Of a DNA stretch of 64,000 bases, positions 28,180 to 38,614 are shown piece by piece. The stretch's first letter is position 1, and every line of letters begins with the position of its first letter. A model generated the notes under the pieces. That model did no database searches. It was not told the DNA's origin and worked only from the letters and a program-made list of their open reading frames with translations. Source of the stretch: Spirochaetia bacterium (GTDB taxonomy: Bacteria; Spirochaetota; Spirochaetia; UBA9216); NCBI GenBank assembly GCA_963675665.1, contig OY776510.1, positions 1,344,001-1,408,000 of the forward strand, read 5' to 3'. A program made the translations under genes and the position numbers.

Positions 28180-28927
28180 CGGCTTTGAATTTATCCCGAC
28201 TCCTGAGTGTTCTGGTAAAAACTCTTATATTTTGACCGTTGTGTTCAGTCTCAAATGAAGTTTGTCCTCCCGGAAGTTCCGTTCCGGTAATAATATTAAT
28301 ACCGGTTTGTCCCGGAAAAATTTCATTAACAGGGGTTCCTGTTTCAGTTTGTTTTCTAAAAAAGGAAAGAAACTCTTTATTGATTAATACAGCCCGATTG
28401 TCGTCTGATACTACGATTGCCGGCTGGGGAAGCATGTCAAGGATGTCGGCATTGATTTCAAGAGCTGTATCGCGCAAGTCAAGCTTTTTTATCAGGGCAA
28501 TATTTTCATCTATCAATCTTTTCATATATACTTTGTTACACTGTAAGGTATTGTATTGTGTAAAACCTTCTTTTATTATTTCCGTCAGCTCGTTCTTTTT
28601 CCAGGGTTTGGCTATAAACCTGTATACTTCTCCACGGTTTATTGATTGAATAAGTGTTTTAGAATCCGTATATCCGGAAAGAATCATTCTTATTGTATCA
28701 GGACTCTGAGTTTTAACCTTTTGAAGCAGTTCTATTCCGGTCATGGTCGGCATTTTTTCATCGGTTATGAGAACCTGAATGTTCTTTTTTGAAAGTATTT
28801 GTAGGGCTTCTGAACTGCTTCCGGCGCAAACTACAGTAAATTCACTGTTTCTTAACTGCCGTGTAATAGAGTTTAGTATCTCTTTTTCGTCATCTACAAA
28901 CAATACAATTCTTTTGTGTTTTTCCAT
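28154..28927 (-). CDS. Response regulator (REC plus PAS-like C-terminus)
   Basis: VDDE, DEKMP, LSGY, KPW. Confidence 0.85.
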   Translation of the reverse strand: MEKHKRIVLFVDDEKEILNSITRQLRNSEFTVVCAGSSSEALQILSKKNIQVLITDEKMPTMTGIELLQKVKTQSPDTIRMILSGYTDSKTLIQSINRGEVYRFIAKPWKKNELTEIIKEGFTQYNTLQCNKVYMKRLIDENIALIKKLDLRDTALEINADILDMLPQPAIVVSDDNRAVLINKEFLSFFRKQTETGTPVNEIFPGQTGINIITGTELPGGQTSFETEHNGQNIRVFTRTLRSRDKFKAVVFFEELC

Positions 28928-29113
28928 AGTATTATTACCCCCTTAACACTGTTAAGAGTAGGATAAATCAACCTGAAAGTCAAAAAAAGATTTTCTGCAA
29001 TATTTTGTTTAATCAGTAAAATTGCCTGATTTGTGTTTTGAATTTGAAAATTGAGAATAATCTTTTATACTTAATTAATATACAGGGATGTCGGTTTTTA
29101 AGGAGGATTATAA

Positions 29114-30034
29114 GTGTGTCAGAAGATACTTTTTGTAGATGATGAAGAGAAGATTCTTTTATCGCTTAAAAGATTATTCAGAACGAGCGAATGTAAACTG
29201 CATTTTGTAACAAGCGGAAAAGAAGGGCTGGAATTTCTTCGTAAAGAATCAGTAAGCGTAATAGTCTCTGATATGAAAATGCCGGAAATGAACGGCGTGG
29301 AATTCCTGGTGGAGGCAATGAAAATATGCCCGAATGCAGTTCGAATTATTCTGTCGGGATATGCGGAATCGGGAAAGATTATGGATGCAGTTAATAATGG
29401 ACATATATGGCGTTTTATTCCCAAACCCTGGAATAATGATGAATTAAAGATTTCTATAAAAAATGCGCTGGATCTGTATCGACGGGAAAAAGAGCGAATT
29501 GATCTTACCGAAAAACTTAAACAGAAAACCATAGAACTTGACAGTCTGAATAAACTCCTTGAGAAAAAGGTTGAAGAAAGAACCTGGCATCTGAATGAAA
29601 GAACAAGGCTACTTAATATGCTTTTGGAGGATGCTGATATACAAATAATTGTCAGGGATTGCTGTTCGGATATTTCAAAGCTTCTTGATAGTACACCTGT
29701 TTATGTAAAATCATCATTCTGCAATGATTTCTGTTCATCGGAGAAGAAGCAGACTGAAAATATTCCTCCTGAAGTCTATGACATCGAGAAGAAATCGCAT
29801 GATAAGGCCGGTATAATTTCAATAGGGAATTATATAGTGTTTGAATTAAAAAAAGCTGATACCAGGCTCGGAACTCTTATAATCAAGAAAAACAATTCTG
29901 CTCTTTCGGAAAAACTTGGTGAAAGAATTGCCGGATACACATCTCTTCTTAATATTACGCTCTTTCAGTTTAGATCTTTGAAAGCCGCGCCCGAGCTTAT
30001 AAAAAATATCGATAAAATAATTGGATTGATATAG
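29114..30034 (+). CDS. Response regulator (REC plus coiled coil)
   Basis: VDDE, SDMKMP, LSGY, KPW. Confidence 0.85.
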   Translation: MCQKILFVDDEEKILLSLKRLFRTSECKLHFVTSGKEGLEFLRKESVSVIVSDMKMPEMNGVEFLVEAMKICPNAVRIILSGYAESGKIMDAVNNGHIWRFIPKPWNNDELKISIKNALDLYRREKERIDLTEKLKQKTIELDSLNKLLEKKVEERTWHLNERTRLLNMLLEDADIQIIVRDCCSDISKLLDSTPVYVKSSFCNDFCSSEKKQTENIPPEVYDIEKKSHDKAGIISIGNYIVFELKKADTRLGTLIIKKNNSALSEKLGERIAGYTSLLNITLFQFRSLKAAPELIKNIDKIIGLI

Positions 30035-31777
30035 ATGAAAATAGATTTTAAAAGTATTTCGATTGCTGATGAGTATGGAGAACTTCACAGTATCTCACGA
30101 CAGAATTTGGAATCGCTTTTAGTAAATATTTATAAATCACTCAGACATGCCGAATCTGTAGCCTCAGAATGTTCATTCGAAAATCCCGGACCGCAGGGTT
30201 ATTTTTGTCTTAAAAATGAAGTTTTTATCAAACTGACTGAAGACAAAGCAGGAGATAATGACCTTATTGAAGCAGATGATACTTTTTATGTGAGAAAACG
30301 TGACGGGGCGGCAGAACTGATTGCCCGGGAAAGCGGCTATCCTGTTTTAGAAAACGGGGTAATGACAATTTACAGTCCCTGTAAAATCACGGCTGACAAG
30401 GTTCATCTGTTTTATATTTTTTATCCTGTGAAAAGCGGCCGTGATAATCTCAAGGATGATTTTTTCTCTGCATTATCCATGCCTTCGAAAGAGCATGGAG
30501 TAAGGATGTATTCTGCAGAAGACATTTTTCAGCGGGTGGATTCGGGTAAAATACACATCCTGACCATCAGTATGGGGATTCCTGCTGTGCCGGCGAGAAA
30601 AGAACAATTGAATCTTAAAGTTTCCGGGGTAAAAAAAGCCGAAAGCACACCCGACGGCGGAATTGATAATTATTCGTTCAGTATTTTCCGGGAGGTGAAA
30701 GAGGGCACTGTATTAGCTGAAAAGATTAATGGAATAGAGGGTCAGGCCGGAATTGATGCTTACGGAAACGAAATACCTGTGGTTGCCTGGAAAGAGATTC
30801 CTTTTTCCGCCGGAAAGAATGTAAGAACGGAGGAAATACCTGAGGACGGCAGAATAGAGTACATTGCTGATATAACCGGGGTGCTTGAGCTGAAGGCGAC
30901 AAGCGTCAGTGTTCTTGAAGTTCTGCATGTGGCAGGAGATGTTTGTGCTGAAACCGGAAGCATTGACTTTTCACGCGACGTAATAGTTGACGGTGATGTA
31001 CATTCTCTTTTCAGAATAAAATGTGGAGGCAATCTGACTGTCAAAGGATTTATCGAGAACGGCGCATCGATTATCTGTGCCGGAGATTTTCATGCGGAAA
31101 AAGGAATAATCGGAGAGAAGACGGAACTTGTTGTAAACGGCAATATGGAAACGGAATTTATAAGCGATGCCGGCATACGTATTAAAGGGGATCTTCTTGT
31201 ACACGGCACCATATATTCGTCTGAAGTGTTTTGCGGGGGAACACTTGTAGTTGAAGGTAAAAAACTGAAAAACCGACAACGCGGAAGCGTAATAGGCAGC
31301 AGCGCTACCGCCATGAAAGGGCTTACTGTACATTCCGCTGGTTCGCGGATGTCGAAAACGTCCCTGATTTGCGGTATTGATCGAAAATTGAAAGAAGAAC
31401 TGGATAAAATGCGGGAATCGGTTCCTGTTTTTAATAAAAAGATTCTGGGGCTGCAAAACCGGATTGGGATTGATCTGACCCGATCGGATCTGATTGAAAA
31501 ACTTAAGCATCTGCCGTTGCCGCGTCGACAGGAAATAAAGGCAATACTTGAAGATATCAAAATCTATGCTGAACAGAAAGCAGGGCTTGAAGAGCGTATT
31601 GTAAAACTTCAGCCCAGGGTCCTGAACAGGGATACAGGATCCTTGAAGATAAAAATAAACAGTCATCTGATTCCTGATACCGAGATTCTGATTGGAGAAC
31701 TGCATGTCATGATAGAAAAAGAATACGGGCCGTTGGAAGTCTTCGTTCAGGAAGATGAAATAAAGTTCAGAACCTGA
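30035..31777 (+). CDS. FapA/DUF342 family protein
   Basis: V.EGTVLAEK, GIDAYG, GDV..TGSIDF beta-helix repeats, C-terminal coiled coil. Confidence 0.8.
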   Translation: MKIDFKSISIADEYGELHSISRQNLESLLVNIYKSLRHAESVASECSFENPGPQGYFCLKNEVFIKLTEDKAGDNDLIEADDTFYVRKRDGAAELIARESGYPVLENGVMTIYSPCKITADKVHLFYIFYPVKSGRDNLKDDFFSALSMPSKEHGVRMYSAEDIFQRVDSGKIHILTISMGIPAVPARKEQLNLKVSGVKKAESTPDGGIDNYSFSIFREVKEGTVLAEKINGIEGQAGIDAYGNEIPVVAWKEIPFSAGKNVRTEEIPEDGRIEYIADITGVLELKATSVSVLEVLHVAGDVCAETGSIDFSRDVIVDGDVHSLFRIKCGGNLTVKGFIENGASIICAGDFHAEKGIIGEKTELVVNGNMETEFISDAGIRIKGDLLVHGTIYSSEVFCGGTLVVEGKKLKNRQRGSVIGSSATAMKGLTVHSAGSRMSKTSLICGIDRKLKEELDKMRESVPVFNKKILGLQNRIGIDLTRSDLIEKLKHLPLPRRQEIKAILEDIKIYAEQKAGLEERIVKLQPRVLNRDTGSLKIKINSHLIPDTEILIGELHVMIEKEYGPLEVFVQEDEIKFRT

Positions 31778-31846
31778 AACACCCTGATTAGCTTTCAGGT
31801 TAAATTCAAAAATTTTAAACGTATCCGTTCTCCCGGTTATCTTTTC

Positions 31847-31875
31847 TTGACACGATCATGTGTAAGTCCGATAAT
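31847..31875 (+). promoter_or_regulatory. Sigma70 promoter of the LacI gene
   Basis: TTGACA-17 nt-GATAAT. Confidence 0.5.
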
Positions 31876-31901
31876 ACTGTATCTGTTTGTATGAGGGTGT
31901 T

Positions 31902-32906
31902 TTGGCCAATTTAAAAGATGTTGCCCGGCTGGCAGGAGTTTCTGTTGCAACTGCTTCACAGGCATTAAATGGCAAGTATGTAAACGAAAAAACTCGCGAA
32001 AAGGTAATGAAAATTGCCGGGGAATTAAACTATTTCCCGAACCGGAGCGGTCGTACTCTTATTACGGGAAAAGCCTCGACAATTATGCTCGTTGTAATAA
32101 ATTCAACCGGATACGCTGATATAATACATGAAAGCACCTTTTTTTATCATATTATCCAGGGGATTCTCGAGATTGCGGAACAGCACCAGCATAGTTTTAT
32201 GCTGGATGTGCGAAACTGGGAAGATGACGATCTGAATGCCTATTTTAAAAGAAAAGTAAACGACTGTTCTTCCGACGGGATAATAATAATTCCCCAGTAT
32301 ATAAGACCGTACGGCTTTCTGGAGGCTTTGGGTAGTTTCCCGGTTGTGTTTCTCAACGCATACGATAATCGTGAAAAGCTGAATACTATTTATATGGATC
32401 ATAAACTTGGCGCGTCATTGATGGCCGAACACATGATTAGCAAAGGTTATAAAAATATTGCAATAATCCATGGCCCAGTGGATCATTATGACGGGCTTCA
32501 ACGCAAGCAGTCGTTTCTTGAGGTAATGGACAGCTCCGGTTTGAAAATACCGGACAACAGGCAGGTGTACGGCGATTACACCATCGAAAGCGGTTATCAG
32601 GGGGCCAAACAGCTTCTGGACTGCTGTAAGCCTGATGCAATATTCTGTGCCAACGACTACATGGCCGCAGGTGCAATGAGGTATCTGAAAGAACAGGGTC
32701 TGACTATACCCGGAGATGTGGCTATTGCGGGATATGACAATGTTGAACTTTCTTTGGCTGTCTATCCGAAAATGACTACTATTGACGGGCGCATGCATGA
32801 TCTTGGAAAAGCACTGGCTGAAAATCTGTTCAACGTCATGAAATCCGGGCATTCTCCTCTGAATGTAAGATTGATTCCCAGGCTTCTGGATCGGGACAGC
32901 GTTTAA
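31902..32906 (+). CDS. LacI family transcriptional regulator
   Basis: LKDVARLAGVSVATASQALN HTH, PDAIFCAND, GYDN; start uncertain (TTG 31887 or 31902). Confidence 0.93.
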   Translation: MANLKDVARLAGVSVATASQALNGKYVNEKTREKVMKIAGELNYFPNRSGRTLITGKASTIMLVVINSTGYADIIHESTFFYHIIQGILEIAEQHQHSFMLDVRNWEDDDLNAYFKRKVNDCSSDGIIIIPQYIRPYGFLEALGSFPVVFLNAYDNREKLNTIYMDHKLGASLMAEHMISKGYKNIAIIHGPVDHYDGLQRKQSFLEVMDSSGLKIPDNRQVYGDYTIESGYQGAKQLLDCCKPDAIFCANDYMAAGAMRYLKEQGLTIPGDVAIAGYDNVELSLAVYPKMTTIDGRMHDLGKALAENLFNVMKSGHSPLNVRLIPRLLDRDSV

Positions 32907-32977
32907 TCTTTCAAGGATTACAACCGCAGTTAAACGCTAACAAACACTAAAGAACAAGAATAAATGTTAACTTTCTC

Positions 32978-33038
32978 TTGACAGGCGTTATAGGTATGTT
33001 AAAATATTAAAACGTTTTAGATTAGTTAAAACGTTTCA
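32978..33038 (+). promoter_or_regulatory. Promoter with tandem LacI-type operators
   Basis: TTGACA 32978-32983, TGnTAAAAT 32997-33005; TAAAACGTTTTA 33008-33019 and TAAAACGTTTCA 33027-33038. Confidence 0.65.
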
Positions 33039-33071
33039 GAAAATAATATAATCAAATTATGGAGGCTTATA

Positions 33072-33947
33072 ATGAAAGTAGGTATTGACAGCTATTGTTA
33101 CCATCGTCTTTTTGGAGAAGTATATGACGACCAGAAAGCGCCGTCTAAAAATATCAGTATGGAATGGTTCATAAAAAGAGCAGCAGAACTTGGCGTAGAC
33201 GGAGTATCCCTGGAATCCTGTTTTTTTCCAAGCTTCAGCTCCAGTTATCTGAGCGAAGTTAAGGGAATGCTGGATGAATATAAATTCGACAGGGTTTATG
33301 CCTGGGGACATCCTGACGGGCTTGAGGGCGGATATAATGAAGCTGCATTTGACGACATGATGAAGCATATGGAATATGCTGAAGCAATCGGCGCTGATGT
33401 TATGCGTGTTTGCGGAGCAAGTCTAATGTTCAGGTTCAGGGATCACGAATGGATGCTTGATACACTTACACGAATGTTCCAGAATGCCATGCCGACGGCA
33501 GAATCGAAAGGGCTTAAAATTGCCGATGAAAACCATATAGATTTCAGTTCATCAGAGATGCTGAGGCTTATACATCAGGTGAATAGTCCGAATTTCGGTA
33601 TTAATTTCGATACAGGAAACTTTATGCGGGTTCTTGATGATCCTATCGAAGGAATGAAAAAGCTTGCTCCTTACACATTTTCAACCCATGTTAAAGATCT
33701 CAAACCTCAGGCAAATTGCGGTGTAGGCAGCTGGCACTTTTTTGCATGCACGCCAACCGGCGAGGGGCTTGTTGATAACCTCAAACTTGCCCAGTTGTTA
33801 AAAGAAGCGGATTACCAGGGCTTCCTTGCCATGGAAATCGACTATCTTCATGAAGATTACCGGAACGACTGGAGCGATAGCGATGAAGACAACGCTGTTG
33901 AGGCAAGCGTCAAGGAATTGAAGAGAATCTCGGGTATTGTTGGTTAA
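33072..33947 (+). CDS. Sugar phosphate isomerase/epimerase (xylose-isomerase-like TIM barrel)
   Basis: ENH, FDTGN, THVKD, GEG, MEI. Confidence 0.85.
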   Translation: MKVGIDSYCYHRLFGEVYDDQKAPSKNISMEWFIKRAAELGVDGVSLESCFFPSFSSSYLSEVKGMLDEYKFDRVYAWGHPDGLEGGYNEAAFDDMMKHMEYAEAIGADVMRVCGASLMFRFRDHEWMLDTLTRMFQNAMPTAESKGLKIADENHIDFSSSEMLRLIHQVNSPNFGINFDTGNFMRVLDDPIEGMKKLAPYTFSTHVKDLKPQANCGVGSWHFFACTPTGEGLVDNLKLAQLLKEADYQGFLAMEIDYLHEDYRNDWSDSDEDNAVEASVKELKRISGIVG

Positions 33948-34085
33948 CAATGATTCGACAATTTTGTCGAACCATTGTTTTGAAGTATCGAAGCTAAACA
34001 GCTTTGCTGTTTTCGCTTCAATACTTCATCACTGTTAATGTGGTAAGGACAGCCGTCCATGGCTGATATATAAGCCATCCATGGA
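33946..34085. repeat. Intergenic hairpin cluster (NTCCAT-loop family, copy 3)
   Basis: Stem 33946-33979; TGAAGTAT..ATACTTCA 33981-34028 (as at 3135-3165); CAGCC-GTCCAT-GGCTG 34050-34065. Confidence 0.65.
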
Positions 34086-34108
34086 AGGAAGTTTTTGTAG
34101 GAGGTAAA

Positions 34109-35266
34109 ATGAAAACATTAAATGTTGGTCTTATCGGATACAAGTTTATGGGTAAGGCCCATAGTAACGCATGGAGAAATGCCCCGCTTTTCTTTGATAT
34201 GAATATCAAGCCGGTTATGAAGGTAGTTTGCGGCCGTCATGAAGAAGCTGTAAAAGCTTTCGCAGATAAATGGGGCTGGGAAGAAATTGAAACTGACTGG
34301 CAGAAGGTTATCGGGCGTGACGATATTGACATTATAGATATATCCGTTCCGCAACATTTGCATCATACTATTGCAATGGCTGCGCTGAAGGCTGGAAAGC
34401 ATGTTTTTTGTGAGAAGCCGCTTGCATTGAATCTTGATCAGGCAAAGGAAATGGCAACGCTGGCAGCAAAGAGCGGCAAGGTAAATTATATCAATCATAA
34501 CTACCGCAGATGTCCTGCAGTCCAGCTGGCGAAACAGATGATTGATGAAGGTAAAATTGGACAGATTTTTCACTGGCGGGGAGCCTATCTTCAGGACTGG
34601 ATTGTTGATCCCGATTTTCCTTTAACCTGGCATTTACAGGCTGATAAAGCCGGTATGGGTCCGCAGGGAGATTTGAATTCGCACAGTCTTGATCTGGCAA
34701 GGTTTTTAGTGGGTGATGTAGCAAGCGTCAACTGCATGACTGCAAACTTTATTACGGAACGTGTGCTCCCCGATGAAGCAGCTTCCGGAACCTTCAGCGG
34801 TACTGCCGGCGATACAACAGAGAAGGGCAAGGTAACCGTTGAAGACGCCGCATTTATGACTGTTCGTTTTGAAAACGGCGCTCTCGGTTCATTTGAAACA
34901 ACCCGTTTTGCACCCGGACGAAAGAATTATAACTATTTTGAAATCTACGGTTCAAAGGGTTCGCTTGTTTTTAATCTTGAGAGAATGAACGAGCTCCAGT
35001 ATTTCAACCGTGAAGATCCCGACTATCAGCAGGGTTTCAAGACAATTCTTGCTACAGAGGGAGTACATAAATATATCCCGGCGTGGTGGCCTCCCGGACA
35101 TGTGATTGGCTATGAGCATGAGTTTCATCATGCGGTTGTGGATTTCATGGATGCAATCGACAGGGGTATTGAAATAAGGCCCAACTTTCAGGACGGCATG
35201 AAGGAAATTGAGATCCTTGAAGCAGGGCTCAGGTCTGCCGCAGAAGGAAGAGAGATTAAACTTTAA
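34109..35266 (+). CDS. Gfo/Idh/MocA oxidoreductase (levoglucosan dehydrogenase-like subgroup)
   Basis: VGLIGYKFMGKAH, CEKP, NYRR.PA, YLQDW, WWPPGH. Confidence 0.9.
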   Translation: MKTLNVGLIGYKFMGKAHSNAWRNAPLFFDMNIKPVMKVVCGRHEEAVKAFADKWGWEEIETDWQKVIGRDDIDIIDISVPQHLHHTIAMAALKAGKHVFCEKPLALNLDQAKEMATLAAKSGKVNYINHNYRRCPAVQLAKQMIDEGKIGQIFHWRGAYLQDWIVDPDFPLTWHLQADKAGMGPQGDLNSHSLDLARFLVGDVASVNCMTANFITERVLPDEAASGTFSGTAGDTTEKGKVTVEDAAFMTVRFENGALGSFETTRFAPGRKNYNYFEIYGSKGSLVFNLERMNELQYFNREDPDYQQGFKTILATEGVHKYIPAWWPPGHVIGYEHEFHHAVVDFMDAIDRGIEIRPNFQDGMKEIEILEAGLRSAAEGREIKL

Positions 35267-35267
35267 T

Positions 35268-35705
35268 ATGAAGATTCTGCATACAGGTATTACAGTTAAG
35301 GACATAGACAAGGCTGTCCTGTTCTATAGAGACGTTATAGGACTCAAAGTAACTGTACCGCCGACAGAGCCGGCTGATGGTGAAGACTTGTCGAAAGGAG
35401 TAGGGGTGCCGCAGGCATGTCTGCGACAGGCAATTCTTGAGTCCGGAGATGTCAGCATCGAACTTTTCGAGTATATCAGTCCGCCGGCTGAGGTTGAAAA
35501 ACCCCAGTCGGTACACAATCCCGGACCTGGCCATATTGCTTTTGAAGTAGAGGATATTCAGAAGGAATATGAGAGGATGGTGGATTTGGGCGTTCGTTTT
35601 AATACGGCTCCGAATCTGATTGAATCAGGACCTCTTTCCGGATGGAAATGGGTATATTTCAGGGATCCCGACGGTATTGTACTCGAATTGGTTGAGAAGG
35701 GGTAA
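35268..35705 (+). CDS. VOC (glyoxalase/epimerase) family protein
   Basis: HTGITV, IELFEY, HIAFEV, YFRDPDG..LEL. Confidence 0.88.
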   Translation: MKILHTGITVKDIDKAVLFYRDVIGLKVTVPPTEPADGEDLSKGVGVPQACLRQAILESGDVSIELFEYISPPAEVEKPQSVHNPGPGHIAFEVEDIQKEYERMVDLGVRFNTAPNLIESGPLSGWKWVYFRDPDGIVLELVEKG

Positions 35706-35909
35706 CCGGCTGTTGTTGTGTTTTTACACACACAGAGTGCCTGTTTGTGAAAATATTATACATCTTTAGTTTTTCTGCGACAGGCGGTTTCCGTATTCAG
35801 GAAGGAATTGTTTTTTAAGTTGTTGCAGCATAGTAAATTATTTATGGCAGCTTATAGATGGCATGAATAATGCTTTTTTTAAAGCAATTGAGAAGGTAGG
35901 GAAGGTTTT

Positions 35910-37394
35910 ATGTCGAAACTGCTTGAAATGCAGGGAATAAGTAAAAGTTTCTTTGGAGTAGAGGTTCTGCACAGGGTAGATTTCAGCGTAGAAAAAGGCG
36001 AAATCCGGGCGTTGTGCGGCGAAAACGGGGCCGGCAAGTCCACGCTGATGAAGGTATTGTCGGGAATCCACGAACAGGAAGAAGGCGAGGTTTATTTCAA
36101 GGGTGAGCATATAAAGCGAACGGCCGATCCGCTTGAGGTGCAGGGGCACGGAATCTCGATGATCCACCAGGAACTGAACCTGTTTGATGATCTGAGCGTA
36201 GCGCAGAATATCTTTCTGTGCCGTGAACCGAAGACAAAGAGAGGTCTGATAGATTTCGGCGAGATGAACCGCGAGGCAAAAAAGCTTCTGGAGCGGCTGG
36301 GTCAGAATATAGACCCGCGGATGAATGTCCGCGAGCTGAAGATAGCGCAGAAGCAGATGGTTGAAATAGCGAAGGCAATCTCGTTCAACGTAGAGCTGTT
36401 GATAATGGACGAACCCACATCGGTGCTCACGGGAAAAGAAACCGGGATAATGTTCGGGCTGATGAGAAACCTGAGCGCGGAAGGGATAGCAATCATATAC
36501 ATCTCGCACAGGCTGAAGGAAATAACCGAGGTATGCCACACGGTAACGGTGCTTCGCGACGGCTCGTACATAGACACGAAGCAGGTTGCTGAAGTAACCG
36601 AGAAAGACATAGCGACGCTGATGGTAGGGCGCGAGGTCAAGGAATCGAGTGTAGGGGACTTCTGCGGAGAGGAAGAAGACCTTGTACTTGAGGTAAAGAA
36701 CGTAAGCGACGGGCTGTTGAAGGACGTAAGCTTTGACGTGAAACGCGGCGAGATAGTGTGTTTCAGCGGGTTAGTCGGAGCGGGACGCACCGAGCTTATG
36801 GAGGTAATCTTCGGCATACGACACCCGGAATCGGGTGAGGTGCTGCTTGAAGGAAAACCTGTAACGGTAAGAAGCGCGATAGATGCGATCAGGATGGACA
36901 TAGGACTGGTGACCGAGGACCGTAAGGATTCGGGACTGGTGCTGTGCCGTGATATAACCGAGAACTCGAACTATGTGTTCTGGCGCAAGAACAGCGGTTT
37001 CTTCAAAAACAGGGGAAAGACCCGGAAGAACACGGACAGAATGATAGAACGCCTCCGGATAAGATGCGCCGGCTCGGACCAGGCAGTGGCGAACCTGAGC
37101 GGCGGGAACCAGCAGAAGGTTGCGCTTGCGAAGTGGCTGTTAAGCGACGCGAAGGTGCTGATACTTGACGAGCCTACGCGTGGAGTAGACGTCGGAGCAA
37201 GGCAGGAGATCTATCAGATCATCCGGGAGCTTGCCGACGACGGGATAGCGATAGTGATAGTGTCGTCGGACATGCAGGAAGTAATGAGCATCAGCCAGCG
37301 GGTGGTAGTAATGCATGAAGGACGGAAGACCGGGGAGCTTAAGTGTTCCGAGCTTGAAGAAGAAAAAATAATGTACCTGGCAACAAACGTATAG
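35910..37394 (+). CDS. Sugar ABC transporter ATP-binding protein
   Basis: GENGAGKST, MDEPT, LSGGNQQK, DEPTRGVD. Confidence 0.95.
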   Translation: MSKLLEMQGISKSFFGVEVLHRVDFSVEKGEIRALCGENGAGKSTLMKVLSGIHEQEEGEVYFKGEHIKRTADPLEVQGHGISMIHQELNLFDDLSVAQNIFLCREPKTKRGLIDFGEMNREAKKLLERLGQNIDPRMNVRELKIAQKQMVEIAKAISFNVELLIMDEPTSVLTGKETGIMFGLMRNLSAEGIAIIYISHRLKEITEVCHTVTVLRDGSYIDTKQVAEVTEKDIATLMVGREVKESSVGDFCGEEEDLVLEVKNVSDGLLKDVSFDVKRGEIVCFSGLVGAGRTELMEVIFGIRHPESGEVLLEGKPVTVRSAIDAIRMDIGLVTEDRKDSGLVLCRDITENSNYVFWRKNSGFFKNRGKTRKNTDRMIERLRIRCAGSDQAVANLSGGNQQKVALAKWLLSDAKVLILDEPTRGVDVGARQEIYQIIRELADDGIAIVIVSSDMQEVMSISQRVVVMHEGRKTGELKCSELEEEKIMYLATNV

Positions 37395-37406
37395 CGGAGA
37401 GAGATA

Positions 37407-38390
37407 ATGGAAGAGTTGAAACAGGAAAACAGGTTTATTCAGCTGGCGTCGAGGGTATGGAAGAACTACAGCATAGTGGTAGTGTTTGTGGTAATCCTGA
37501 TAATCTGCGGGATAGCAGCGCCGCGGTTTCTGAGGCCGAACAACCTTTTAAACATCCTGAGAAATACCTCGATAGTAGGAATCATAGCGTTGGGAATGAC
37601 GTTTGTGATCATAGCCGGCGGAATTGATTTATCGAGCGGGCCTGTGCTTGCGACATCGGGAGCGGCGTTGATAGCGCTGCAGAAGATGGTGACCGAGAGC
37701 GGGGACCCCGCGATGCCGTTGATAGTACCGATACTGGTGTGTCTTGCAATATCTACGGGAATAGGTTTTGCGAACGGAATAATCATAACGAAGGCGAAAC
37801 TGCCTCCGTTTATAGTAACGCTGGCAGTGGGGATAATAGCGCGGTCGGTGGTAATGTACTTCTGCCGCGGAGCGACAATCATGGGGAACAAGATTCCCGA
37901 GTTCACGAATATTGGAAACGGGTCGGTATTCAAGATCCCGATACCGTTCATAATGGCGATAGTGCTGGCCTTGATACTGCATATAGCGCTGACGCGGTCG
38001 AAGTTCGGCACCTATGTGTTTGCCGTGGGCGGAAACGAGAACGCGGCGAAGTATTCGGGAATCAAGGTAGACCGGATAAAGATAGCGACGTACATGATAG
38101 TAGGGCTTTGTACGGGCCTTGCGGCGGTCATAGAGATGTCGCGTATGGCGGCTGTGGCGGCGACGTCGAGCGGAATGCAGTACGAGTTTGAGGCGATAAC
38201 GGCGGTAATAGTAGGCGGAACCTCGCTTAACGGTGGAAAGGGGCGTCTAATAGGAACGATAGTAGGATTTATCATCCTGGGAATAGTCAAGAACATGATG
38301 ATAATGCTGAACATCTCGCCGTACCTTGCCGGAGCTGTAAAGGGCGCGGTAATCCTGTTCGCGGTACTGATTCAACGTCGGGAAAAGTAA
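37407..38390 (+). CDS. Sugar ABC transporter permease
   Basis: GGIDLS, PPFIVTL, AVGGNE, AVIVGGTS. Confidence 0.95.
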   Translation: MEELKQENRFIQLASRVWKNYSIVVVFVVILIICGIAAPRFLRPNNLLNILRNTSIVGIIALGMTFVIIAGGIDLSSGPVLATSGAALIALQKMVTESGDPAMPLIVPILVCLAISTGIGFANGIIITKAKLPPFIVTLAVGIIARSVVMYFCRGATIMGNKIPEFTNIGNGSVFKIPIPFIMAIVLALILHIALTRSKFGTYVFAVGGNENAAKYSGIKVDRIKIATYMIVGLCTGLAAVIEMSRMAAVAATSSGMQYEFEAITAVIVGGTSLNGGKGRLIGTIVGFIILGIVKNMMIMLNISPYLAGAVKGAVILFAVLIQRREK

Positions 38391-38614
38391 ACGGCAAAAC
38401 CGTTTACTTTTCTGAAGTTTCCAGGCTGCGCCTGAAAACATTCAGGAGAAATAATAAAAAAGCAAAGCTTTTTTATTTTGGAGTTGCTCTGCAGGCAGAG
38501 CAACGTCCACGAACGGCAATTCGAAATTGGTTGTTGAATCGTGGTTTTAAAAAGGTAGAATGCCGGTGCGGAGGTAGTCCGGTCCGGCAGAAAATAAAAA
38601 AGACCAGATTAAAC

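Noticed and set aside
30971-31705. 244-aa antisense ORF
   Set aside because: Shadow of the FapA-like gene.
35838-38441. Several long antisense and alternate-frame ORFs over the ABC genes
   Set aside because: Explained by the skewed codon usage; the sense ORFs carry complete ABC motifs.
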